From Nageia nagi (taxonomy: Eukaryota > Plantae > Pinophyta): DNA of 64,000 nt. Of this stretch, positions 26,949 to 38,300 are shown piece by piece. The translations under genes and the position numbers were made by a program. The stretch's first letter is position 1, and each line of letters opens with the position of its first letter. The notes below the pieces were generated by a model. The model made no database searches. It saw nothing but the letters and a program-made list of their open reading frames with translations, and had not been told where the DNA came from. The DNA is taken from contig JBITNC010000002.1 in assembly GCA_050084985.1 (NCBI GenBank), positions 28,396,001-28,460,000 on the forward strand, given 5' to 3'.

Positions 26949-27325
26949 AATAGGTTGTTATTGATTTGTTTATCATCCCAAGATTTCAGGTAACCTCCCA
27001 GACGAAATTTGAATATGGTATTATCTCCCATCTGCATTCATGATTTCAAATTGGACGTACTCGGCTATTTTGGACTTAAGTTTGTTTGTTGTTTAACTGT
27101 TCAAGGATCGTCACCGATTTTTTAGCGATTATATATTCACATTAGAATGGTCGTTCTATTATCGTTTTTTAATGATAAGGGTCGGAAAAACACCTGTTTC
27201 ATATATGTTTGAAATATAATAAATTCTTTATAGAAACCCCGGGTACTTTACCTGCAATCATGAGTTCATTTTAAGATACCCAGGAATTTTTCTGGAACAA
27301 ATAAAACAAGCCGGAGTCAATAGTA

Positions 27326-27495
27326 AAAGCGTTCCGGAATAAAAACGTTCCGGAATGAAAGTGTTCCGGAAGTGAGTGTTCCGGAAGTGAGTGTTCCGGA
27401 AGTGAGTATTCCGGAAATAAGTGTTCCGGAAGTGAATGTTCCGGAAATAAGTGTTCCGGAAATAAGTGTTCCGGAAGTAAGAGCGTTCCGGAACG
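27326..27495. repeat. 15-17-bp tandem array, 11 copies of the palindrome TTCCGGAA
   Basis: Units such as GTGTTCCGGAAGTGA and GTGTTCCGGAAATAA, with TTCCGGAA from 27332 to 27486. Confidence 0.97.
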
Positions 27496-27499
27496 AAAC

Positions 27500-28559
27500 G
27501 ATAAAGCTTAATTGTAGAAAAACCGGGTCCCGGAAGTGATGACATCATCCAGGAGTGATCAAAGATCCGGAACCAGTATAACATTCCGGAATTAGATGAT
27601 AGAGCTTAATTGTAGAAAAACCGAATCCCGGAAGTGATGACATCATCCAGGAGTGATCGAAGATCCGGAACCAGTATAACATTCCGGAATTAGATGATAG
27701 AGCTTAATTGTAGAAAAGCCCGGGTCCCAGAAGTGATGACGTCATCCGGGAGTGATCAAAGATCCGGAACCAGTATAACATTCCGGAATTAAGAAGATGA
27801 CGTCACGGGGAGAACGATATTCACATTTTAAGTGAAAACCGGGTCCCGGAAGTGATGACATCATCCAGGAGTGATCGAAGATCCGGAACCAGTATAACAT
27901 TCCGGAACTAAATGATAGAGCTTAATTGTAGAAAAGCCCGGGTCCCGGAGATGATGACGTCATCCGGGAGTGATCGAAGATCCGGAACCAGTATAACATT
28001 CCGGAATTAAATGATAGAGCTTAATTGTAGAAAAGCCCAGGTCCCAGAAGTGATGACATCATCCGGGAGTGATCAAAGATCCGGAACCAGTATAACATTC
28101 CGGAATTAAGAAGATGACGTCACGGGGAGAACGATATTCATATTTTAAGTGAAAACCGGGTCCCGGAAGTGATGACATCATCCAGGAGTGATCGAAGATC
28201 CGGAACCAGTATAACATTCCGGAATTAGATGATAGAGCTTAATTGTAGAAAAGCCCGGGTCCCAGAAGTGATGACGTCATCCGGGAGTGATCAAAGATCC
28301 GGAACCAGTATAACATTCCGGAATTAAGAAGATGACGTCACGGGGAGAACGATAATCACATTTTAAGTGAAAACCGGGTCCCGGAAGTGATGACATCATC
28401 CAGGAGTGATCGAAGATCCGGAACCAGTATAACATTCCGGAACTAAATGATAGAGCTTAATTGTAGAAAAGCCCGGGTCCCGGAGATGATGACATCATCC
28501 GGGAGTGATCAAAGATCCGGAACCAGTATAACATTCCGGAAATAAATGATAAAGCTTAA
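27500..28559. repeat. Ten-copy 99/119-bp tandem array with two alternating linker types
   Basis: CCAGTATAAC at 27573, 27671, 27770, 27889, 27988, 28087, 28206, 28305, 28424 and 28523 (spacings 98, 99, 119, 99, 99, 119, 99, 119, 99). Confidence 0.97.
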
Positions 28560-31500
28560 AGGCCCGCACTGACCTAGTAATAGTGTTTATTTTTAGTGTC
28601 TACAACTTGGAATCTCTTCAAACTTATTGAAAATGGTGTTAGCTCAGCTCCTCTTGGCTCCTCTCAGCTCTAGAATGCAAAAAAAAATGAAATGATTGAG
28701 TTTTTTGGTGACTTAAACCCCTTTACCCGTGCCTAAAATGACCAGACGATTTTTTGCCGATTTTTTAATCGGGAATTGTGACTTTTTTCAGAATCGAATC
28801 GGTCCAAAAATCGGATTTACTCCTAAAAAATCATCGGCCGATTCTTTGCCCATTTTTTTATCTAAAAAATCACGAATCAAAATCGGAAAAACATTTTTTA
28901 AAAAAAAAATTGGACATGATTTGAATCGGATTGTTTGCTTGGCTGATTACGATTTTATCCAATTTTACCCGATTCTGATTCGAATTTTACAACTATGATC
29001 TAGTGTTTGTTTATGATCATGTTTTACATGTGTAACTCAAGCAGTAGCTTATGGTCTGCAGACCCCACTGTCAGCCCAATAATGGGACGTCTCCCCTTGA
29101 GTAGTTTTGTGTTAACATGTAATGGGTTATCCCGAATTGTGGGAATCCCTAGATAGGCATGAGTCTTGTATAGTCCAAAGGTGCATATAGAAGCATACCA
29201 GCATTGGTAGGGCCCCACATACCCCACATTGGCTTATGAGGCCACTTAGACCCCCACATCAGCTCAAGGAGGCTCATTAGACCCCACGTCAGCCTTGAGG
29301 GCCTTTATGACCCCCACATTGGCATACTGGGCCTATATGACCCCCACATTGGCATGGTTGACCTGTTGACCCCAACGTTGGAATAGACTTGGCTTGGGAT
29401 GATAATGAGACATGATGGATAGACACGTGAGGCTATATATTGAGCATGGAGCTCCATGATGAGGTTAGCTATTGATTATACTTCTTCTATACTGAACCCG
29501 ATTGGGCATTCAAGTCTTGGCGGTGCTGAGTATTATTCCTAGATGGCATTTAGAGGGGTTGGGAGCTTGGCATTCTACGACTTAGGTGGGTCACCTAGTC
29601 CATCCGATGGTATTCCGAGGGCAAGCTTCTACCTTCAGTGGTCACCAAGGTTCAAGGAGGCTCCTTCGCAAGAGAAGATTCAGAGTGTGAGGGAGTGAGT
29701 CTTTCCCATGGTGTTCAGCTTGCAGAGGGTTTGGAACCCTAGATATGAGTGTTGAGATCCTCATTGTATTCCATTCCATATCATAATAAAATACAGCTTG
29801 TGTCTCTCTCCATTGTGTTGTGCATTGTTTATGTATGTGTTGTGTCTCTTGTATACTGGTGTTGGAAGCTTCATTGCATTCGTGGGTGTTCAAGCATTGC
29901 ATATTCACCTGTGAGGCATTCGTTGAGGTGCCAAGTGTTGGTGTGCCTTATAGGGTTGACGTCAGGGTATAGGGGTTGCGTGGAAGCCTTAGGAAGCTCA
30001 CATCTGCATTGTAGGGGTTTAGGGTTCCCTAGGGGCCCAACATGGATGTGTTTGCATCATTCATTGAGGGTTTGAGTATCATAGTTGGAGTTGTTTTTGC
30101 TGAGGGTGATTTTAGGTCATCACACCTATGGCTATGCTTCCAAGGCTTCTTGCAACTGAAGCATAAGTTCTTCCTTAATTTGTTCCTTGTCTCTTTACTT
30201 GTCTTGCTTTCTCCTGCTGGCTGACTCCTCTTGATGGGTGGAGGTCCAATCTCCAATGTCCCTCTCCCAAATGCTCCCATCTTGGTTGGAATGGCGGGCT
30301 TAGCCCTCATCATGCATTGGGGAGAAAGCCTTGACCAATCCCCTCAATGGTTCCACCAATCCTTTTGTGAAGAGGAAGGTGACCCTCTACCCTAAAATGC
30401 TAGGAACCATCACAACAATTCGTTGGAACTCTGCCACATATTCTTCCACTGACCCCCTTTACTTCACTACCGTCAGATCCTTGAATTAATCATCCTCATC
30501 CTTCCGATCAAAGCGGTCTATCATCCTTCTACTGAATACATCGAAAGAAGTGATAGATCCATGTCCCTGCGTAGGCATGCCATGTTGCCACCAGTCATAT
30601 GCCAGGTCATCCAAGTGTAGCGTGGCAGATTGGATGGCATCCTCCTCCATCATGGGGTTAAGCGTGAAATATGTCTGTAACTTCTGTAACCAAGCCCTTG
30701 CAATCATCTTGTTGCTCCCATCAAATAAAGGCACTTGCATTTTGCTTGGCCTCTACTGTAGATCTCTCCTATCTTCCCAAGATCCGCCATATGCATAACT
30801 CCCACTAGCCTTCTTACCCAAAAACTCCAGATACATAGAGAAAGTTACATAGCTCTTGAACTCTAGTTTATTCAAGAAATAGTCCTGATATAACTGATTA
30901 AGCTCAAGCGGTGAGATCGAGCTTGTACTACTTTCCTGCCTTGGCAAAAACATGGGCTTATTAGGATGTGGTAGAGAAGGAGGCACCACATCATCTTTGG
31001 GGTGTCCCTCTCTAGAAATCTCTCTCACATCATCTCTCCAGCCAAAGGATCTTTGGTAGATCCTATCCAGAACAAGGAATATCCCTCATTGTCCACCATT
31101 TTGGAAGACTTGGTTCTCTGAAATATTGGTTCTCTCTGCTCAAACACTAGGCCTTCTTTATCAAACCATAGACCTCTAGATATATGCAAGAAAGCCTCCT
31201 CTTCTCCTGGTTCTTTCTCATGAGATCTATGCAAAGGTGTTTCTCCTCCTTCTGGCTCCCCTTGCATGAGCCGAGGTTGATCTTTGTGTATGGGGCATCC
31301 TAGGGCTTTCTCCAGGCCCCACATCCCTCTCTTGTGCCTCCTTTCTGGCCACTCACTCATTTTGTTGCTACATCTGATCCACAATTATCTTCATCATATT
31401 TAGTAGATCATCAAACCCTTTTTCTACTGTCCATTCATCCAACTCTACCAAATTGGATCTTGTTGCCTCCTTGCGTCATCCTTGGATCTAGTCTAAGGTG

Positions 31501-32853
31501 CCATGGGAGACTTCTTCCCTTCTGGTGCAGGTACACCTTCTCAACTAATTGCATTCAATATCCTCCCCACAAGATGGCAAAATTTTAGCTCTGATACCAC
31601 ATTAATCCTAAATTATTCTTATTCCGAAATTATAAGTAAACAAGCAATAATTCAGGAAATGAGCTAAAACAATGAATCAACACCACAAAACATCCATCGC
31701 ACAAGCCAACTTGAGAGAATAATGCCAACGTCTCAAATTATATCAATGATGGAGCAAAATACAACCAAATAAGCTCAAGAGGGTTGACATCTAGCTCAAT
31801 GGACCAAATCTAGGGCATAAACTCTCCAAATGTTGACGTCACACTTCTAGGGCCTTCAAATCCGGATCAAGTTCCAAGACTAGTCGATTGAGCCAAGATC
31901 TAATTGAGGGCTACGTCCCACTAAAGCCTCATCCATGTCATGTTTCCATCCACCAAGAGGCCCAAGAGATGGTGCTGCCACTCTGAAGATAGATGTCAAA
32001 ATAGCTCAAAGATGCCTCCTCAATATTACATCAACCAAATATATAGGAATCCCTCAAGGTTGGGCATCCACACACCCCTCAAGGAGACATCATGCTTGGG
32101 TGTCCGAATCATGCCTCAAGATCAATTAAAACCATGCACTTATCTTCCAATAATGGGTTGTGCCTTGGGATCTGTACTATCACACTTAAATGCTTGTAAT
32201 CTATCCTTAGGAGGGAGACATCCCACTTCAGGGCTCACAATTGGTCCATGGGACACATAAGTCTCCTATCCTAGTTTACAATGATGTCTAAGTATATATG
32301 CAATAAATAAATAAACACTCCTAACTACAAAAGTACCCCTAAAAGGAATGGCTTCAAGAAGGGGACATCACATTCTCTCATTTTGTATTTGGCCTTGGGT
32401 ACTAATCCATAGAGAGGAGCCTCATCATCATCAATATTGGTCCTAACATCAAAATGCCACCCCCACCCCCCAAAACCTTGAAGTTTCATTGTTCAAGGAC
32501 CTATTCAGGAGAGTTTAAAAGCTTCTTCAAAAGGATTAGATCCAACAAATCAGGTGCACAAGTATTATTTTCCATGTTTTAATATTGATGAATACTAGAT
32601 CTAGGACTGAAATATTTCTTTGGTTCACTTTGTCATAAATCTCTTGTGTGCTTTTTTGTAGATTAAATATTGCAATTTGCTTTTTATTTTGTCTATAGTT
32701 ACTCTGGGCCCGCATTGCGATAACTTTTTTTTAATAAATTAATGCCTATCATAATCCTCAACAATTAATAAATGTCAAGAAGAGGTTTGACATGTTCCCT
32801 AAATCAGTATTCTACATTAGTGTTGGAAAGTGAGGTAAAGTACTACGTAAAAG

Positions 32854-35355
32854 CATAGAATAAAAAGATGACTTTTTGAAAATACGGCCTGGGGCCAAAT
32901 ACGTAGAAACAGCAAAATACGTTGAATATGGAAAAAATTCACAGCTCTAAAAATTCGTAAAAAAGGAAAAGATGAGGAAAAATGGACAAAAAACGGAAAA
33001 TACAGGAAAAATAGATGACAAACAACGAAAAATTCGGCAAATAAATAGACAAAAGATGGGCAGAAAACCACAAATTTGGGAAAAAAACATGATGCATTGT
33101 GTAATGATCCAAAATTCAATTTAGGAGCAAATGAGCAAATTCCAACCAACAAACCCTAACGTCAGGCCTAAGGCATCAAACAAAAGCACATAAACCCTCA
33201 AGATGGCTACATTAGGGTTAGGGCATCCAAACCAAGCTATCTCAATGCAAATAACCCAACGTCTAACTAGTACATACAATAAACAATACCCCACAATGCC
33301 AACGTCTGGCCAATGCAAGTATACACAACAATAGTAATCCAACGCATGCACAATAATGATGTAGTCAATACAAAATATGAGATCCAATGCCCTTGGCGAT
33401 ATATGGAATGTACAATGCTCAACAAATACAATACCAAGCCCAAAAGGGCTGATGTTGGCCTCCAAGGAGCCAACTAGGGCATAACAATATATCTTCTCAC
33501 CACTGGAACAATCCTGGAACCATGGGACAGTACACTCCCTCAGAATAAGATTCCCTTCCATCGAAGGAGTCCTCCTCAAACCCTAAATAACCATTGAAGG
33601 TAGAAGCAATACCTCTGAATACCACTATGTGGGGAAAGGTGCTACACTAGTGTCGTAGACAGACATGATCCCTCAACCTAAATGCCCACTAGGCGCTGCG
33701 CCTAGGAAGGTTGCTTAGCATCACTAAGACTTGCTGTCCTTTGGGCGATATGAAAATAATAATAATTCTTTATATCCAGTAATGAGACTCCAAGGGTTAC
33801 TATAGCCTTCCTTGGTTCGGATTACACCTCAATGTCAGAACCCAATCCCCTCATGGCCCAACGTTGGCACCTAGGGATCAATCCAGGAACAAAAAGGGTA
33901 TCTAGGCCTCCCTTATGCTCCACGTGGACCCAGGAATGCATGCGTGGGCACCTAGGAGAGCAATGTGGGTATCAAGGCTCAACATGGGGGTCTAGAAGCT
34001 TCCCCCAAGCTGGCGTAGGTGTCTAAATGCTCCCAATCTCAACGTTGGGAACATTAAGTGCTCATCCGTCCATACAATGCAAAATAGACCTTGGGATTCC
34101 CACAATCATGTTTCGGGATCTCCAAGTATGACAATGACACCTAATCTAACCTTAGGAGGGAGACATCCCACTTGGGGCTCATAGTGGGGTCCATTGACCC
34201 ATTAAGTCTCCTATCCTAAGTTATAAACATGAAAGTACAATCCATAATTAAAGTATATTACAAGAGGAACTTTCGGACCCACAATTAATTACAATCGGAC
34301 AAGGGGGACGTCACACAATGAAAAATTAAAAAATAATGCAATTTTTTAACCTTTTCTATACAATATGCTTATCTAATTGCCATAAATGATTAAATCATTC
34401 ACATAAACAATCATATCATCTACCAAAACATTCATAAATCAGCTAGGTCTGGTCTATCAAATCATAAGTTATAAATGTACTACTACTAGTACTGTCCCAT
34501 ACACTCATAATGTCATTAAGTGTCAAGTGCCAACAAATTACACAATACTAAATAACTAAATACAATGTCTCATGAGTCATGACTCCATGTGTGGGGACTC
34601 ATCAATGTGTGCGGTCCGTGGCTCTAGCCCTTTTACTAGTCAATCGACCACCACTACTACCACGTGCTCCACTAATAGATGTAGGAGACTGAGAAGGTGG
34701 TCTCGTAGGGGTAGGAGCACTACAAGGAGGCAATCCTGAACTACTAGAACCGCCGCCAACACTTTTGCGAGGCTTCTGCCTATGCCTCTAGTACCGAACG
34801 AATGGCTCATCATCGTAAGGCTCACTCTCAAATTCAATGTCTCGATATATTAGGTTTTCAACGTAAAACGAAAATCTTTTTTTACCCCTTTATTTCTTCT
34901 TCCCAACAGCCTAGCCATCTTCCACGTTTTCACGACATTTTTTGCTTCTTTTGGCCGTTTAAATACCAAAAACGTGGAGACGATGTCTTTTTCTACAAAA
35001 TGAGTGTTCTACCTCTATCAGGCCAGAAACACATGTTTATTTAGCATTTAAATGACGTCTTTTAGGGAAAAAATGTCAAAAACGACGGGTGCAGCGATGG
35101 GGGGTAAGTTAAAATCTATCTACGTATTTTTGGCTTTTTTCGTGTAGACGGCTTTTTTGGGTAAAAAAATGTGTTTTCCTACAATTTAAATTTTGCCCCA
35201 GACCCGCGTTTTTTCCACGTTTTCAATGTATTTTTGGCATTTTTTAGGCCTTATTTTAGTCTTAAATAACAACTTTTTTTGTTTTTTGGAGGAAAATATG
35301 AAAATTTTTAAAAAACGATGTTTTTTGCGTTTAAACAACGTTTTTTTATTCTATG
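32854..35355. mobile_element. Non-autonomous hAT (MITE-like), ~1.28 kb net, with a nested solo LTR
   Basis: 13-bp TIRs CATAGAATAAAAA/TTTTTATTCTATG, 8-bp TSD CGTAAAAG/ATTAAAAG (6/8 match), and AAACG-type subterminal repeats. Confidence 0.8.
33100..34315 (-). mobile_element. Solo LTR inside the hAT MITE
   Basis: Termini TGTAATGATCC...GGGGGACGTCACA with TSD CATTG/CAATG. Confidence 0.85.
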
Positions 35356-38300
35356 ATTAAAAGAGCTCCAAAACTTATTTAGAATTGAGGTGTACATGGT
35401 TTATGGATCACTTAGCTACTCCATTATACACTAGGATCTTTTTTCTTTGCGAATTACATCCTATCATTGGATATATTAAACTTATTGGAGATATGCATAT
35501 AAATAGATAGTTTTTTTGGCCCCATAAAAGTTTGAATGTGAGATGAAAATGACATTATAGATGTTTAAATTTGCATTTTTCCTATCTATAAATAAGTTTA
35601 TTTAGGTGATTTAGTAACATAGCAATTCGGATTCTTTTTGGCTTGTTCTACGCCCACTTCAATGAAATCTTCTAATTTAGAATTATTTTATATGCACATT
35701 GTTTTAGATAGGTGAACCCAAAGCTAGATTTTTCAAGTCTATATAAGACACTTCCAAGTGATCATTTTGAGAGAACAATTATCACAAGTTTAGCAAAAAA
35801 TATCATGCTTTATAAAGTCCCATGAAGCCCTATCATCGATGATTATACACAATCTTCCTACATCTCAACAATATAATCATCAAGCTGGAACATCTACCCC
35901 TTTTATCATTGACTCTATAATTATCAAATTTCCACACAAGATACAATCATTACACAATCCTAAATAATTGAAAATATTTGAGCCACACCTCTCCAAAGCA
36001 TCATAACCTATAATGACAAACTTCACCAAAATGCCCAACATTTTAGCTGTAATATGATAAACTATTCTTCGTTCCAAATTTATTAAGCAATTAGCAAGAA
36101 ATGAAATAGATCTAACATTCACACCACAAAAATATGCCAACGCACAACCAAAATGGAGGAGAAATGCCAACCTCTCAATGTTAAGCATGAAATGAGCAAA
36201 ATACAACCACAATGGCCTAAGAGGGCCAACGTCTCGCTCAGGGGACCAGATCTAGGGCAAATACTCCTCCAATGTTGAATGGAAGCTGGCATCTCACTAC
36301 TAGGGCCTTCAACCCTTGGAACTGACTGCCAGTCTAATGTGGATTGAAGGCTTTCGTCCTCAGCCATGACCTAATAAGGGCTAAATCCCACTAGCTCCTT
36401 ATCCAAGCTGGGTTTGCATCCAAATAGAGGCCCAAGAGATGGCGTTGCCACTCAGAAGATAGAAGGTGTCAAAATAGCTCAATGATGCCTCCATAATGTT
36501 GCGCTAGCCATATAAATAAGAATCATCCAAGTTTGGGCCCTCACACACCCCTCAAGGTGACATCATGCTTGGGTGTGCGGATTGTGCCTCAAAATCACAC
36601 CAAACCATGCGCCTAGTCTCTAATCATGCGTTGTGCCTTGGGATCTAGATTATGACACTTAAATGCTCTTAAACTACTCTTAGGAGAGAGACATCCCACT
36701 TGGGGCTCACAATTGGTCCACAAGACCTAGATGTCTCTTGTCCTAAGTTACAATGATGCCTAATTACACATGCAATAAATAAATAAACACTCCTAAGTAC
36801 AAAATCACTCCTAAGTGGAATGCTTAATAGAAACGGGATATTACAATCCTCCCCTCTCAAAATTGCTTGTCCTCAAGCAATGCAAAGCTGGATGTGTAAG
36901 TATCTTAGGCCTTTGCCTTGTGGCATCTTCTTCAGGCAAATCCTTCCATTTTACGAAGTGCTCCTTGATTATCCGTGACCTCAATTTTCTTTCTCTGGTC
37001 TGTATGATGCGCTCCAGAACCAATATTAGTTATCCTTCCTCATCAAGTGGTGGAAGCTCGGATGAAAGGATGATGTGTTGTCCAAGGGCCTTCTTTAGAC
37101 ATGATACATGGAAGAAGTCGTGTTGTCTACTACTATGAGGCAATTCCAACTCATATGCTTCCTTCCCTTTCCTACATAGCACTTTATATGGACCAAAGAA
37201 ACTTGATTGCAGCTTTTTTGCTTCCTTTTGCTTGAGCGTGGCTGCAACCTAAAATACACCATGTCCCCTTCTTCAAATGTGCATTCAATCCGATTTTGGT
37301 TGGCAAACTTTTTTCTGTCGATTCTGGGCTAGCTGAATATTCTCCCTAAGGGCTCTCATGATGTCTTGATTATCTTCCAGAAACTCCTTAGCCTTTGGTG
37401 CTTTCCTGTCCTCAAAGATCAAGCTTACGAAATTGGGGTCTCATAACCATACAACGCCATGAAGGGTGACATTTGTATGGAGAGATGGTAAGTGGTGTTA
37501 TAGCAGTATTTCCCCAAATGTAGCCATTTTACCCATGCTTGTTGTTGCCCTATAACTTGCTTCCTGAAGTAGCCTTCTAGTCATTTGTTCACCACCTCTT
37601 TCCGCCCATCCGTCTGAAGATGATAGCTACTGCCGTATGCCAAATTTGTCCCACTCAATCTAAAAAGCTCCTACCAAAAGACACTCATGAATTTACTGTC
37701 TCCATCACTCAATCTCCTTTGGCAACCTATGTAGCCTGAATACTTCTCTAAAAAATAATTCTGCCACCTAAACGACAGTGCAGGTAATATTGATGGCGAA
37801 GAAATGAGCATACTTTGTCAGTCTATCTACCACTACGAAGATGCAATCCATCCCTTGTGTCTTGGGTAATCTTGTGATAAAATCCAAGGAGATGCTCTCC
37901 CATTTATGTGTGGGGATTGGTAGTGGCTACAGAAATCTAGGAGAAGGGACATTTTCCACCTTATTCTCCTGGCACTTGGTGCATTCCTTCACATGCCGGT
38001 AGATGTCCTCCTTAAGCCCCTTCCATGCGAACCTTTCTTAGATGGCCTTGTGCATTTTGTTGATACCTAGGTGCCCTACCAATGGTGTGTCATGCAACAC
38101 AACCATGATCCTCTCTTTCATCTTCGATCCTGACTCCAAGTAGATCCTATTTTTGTATAGAATCAACTCATCTCTTATTCTAACCCTATCATCTTTCAGA
38201 CGTCCAAGACTGTCAGTAGCAAATGCATCTTTAACATATTTAGCTATGATTGGCATTTTCCAGTCAGTAGAAACAATAGAGAGAGAGTAAAAGGATGGAT

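Larger units (their letters stand above)
26448..28578 (-). mobile_element. Unclassified 2,131-bp non-coding insert; candidate rolling-circle (HUH/CRESS-origin) element
   Basis: Minus strand runs AC-TAGGTCAG...ATCTG-TAGTATT, so the joined ends read TAGTATTAC. TAATA direct repeat at both junctions. CpG-rich with near-identical tandem repeats. Removing it restores a plausible ~110-nt AT-rich hAT 5' intron. Confidence 0.6.
22911..28997 (-). mobile_element. hAT DNA transposon (BED/DUF659/dimerisation type), 6,087 bp including the nested insert
   Basis: TIRs CATAGTT.../...AACTATG, 8-bp TSD ATGTAGTG/ATCTAGTG, and subterminal AATCGG/CCGATT repeats at both ends. Confidence 0.92.
22853..30124 (+). mobile_element. 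Solo LTR (~1.18 kb net) inserted in E1 gag and interrupted by the hAT
   Basis: Termini TGTGATGTCCC...GGTCATCACA with perfect TSD CCTAT. E1 gag reads KKPWKHSHR|CLGKGHVHYIEV across it. Confidence 0.9.
14488..32372 (-). mobile_element. Gypsy (chromovirus/IFG-like) element E1 with pol deleted and heavy nesting
   Basis: 5' LTR ~31601-32372 matches the 3' LTR stub at 14488-14577. tRNA-Met PBS TGGTATCAGAGCT at 31587-31599. TSD TTCTT/TTCTC. gag at 30130-31400 (WLQKLQTYF, CFSCKKPW) and protease at 22330-22850 (VLIDLRATHNFV). Confidence 0.8.
13674..32816 (+). mobile_element. Athila/Tat-type Gypsy LTR split by the nested block 14488-32372
   Basis: Starts TGTAGACACCTAAA, resumes after 32372 and ends ...TCTACA, followed by a degenerate PBS-like sequence. 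No TSD found. Confidence 0.5.

Noticed and set aside
27258-27584. 108-aa ORF with [10 protein letters not shown] repeats
   Set aside because: It is the translation of the 15-bp DNA repeat, with no evidence of coding function.
27500-28559. CRISPR-like repeat-spacer array
   Set aside because: The constant part is ~65 bp and only two linker sequences recur, so there are no unique spacers. There are no cas genes and the context is eukaryotic.
28555-28590. Helitron (CTAG|T), CACTA (TAGTG) or Kolobok (TTAA|AGG) terminus for the insert
   Set aside because: There is no convincing subterminal GC hairpin, no matching CACTA end and no partner TIR. These are not fully excluded, but the nonamer model explains both junctions.
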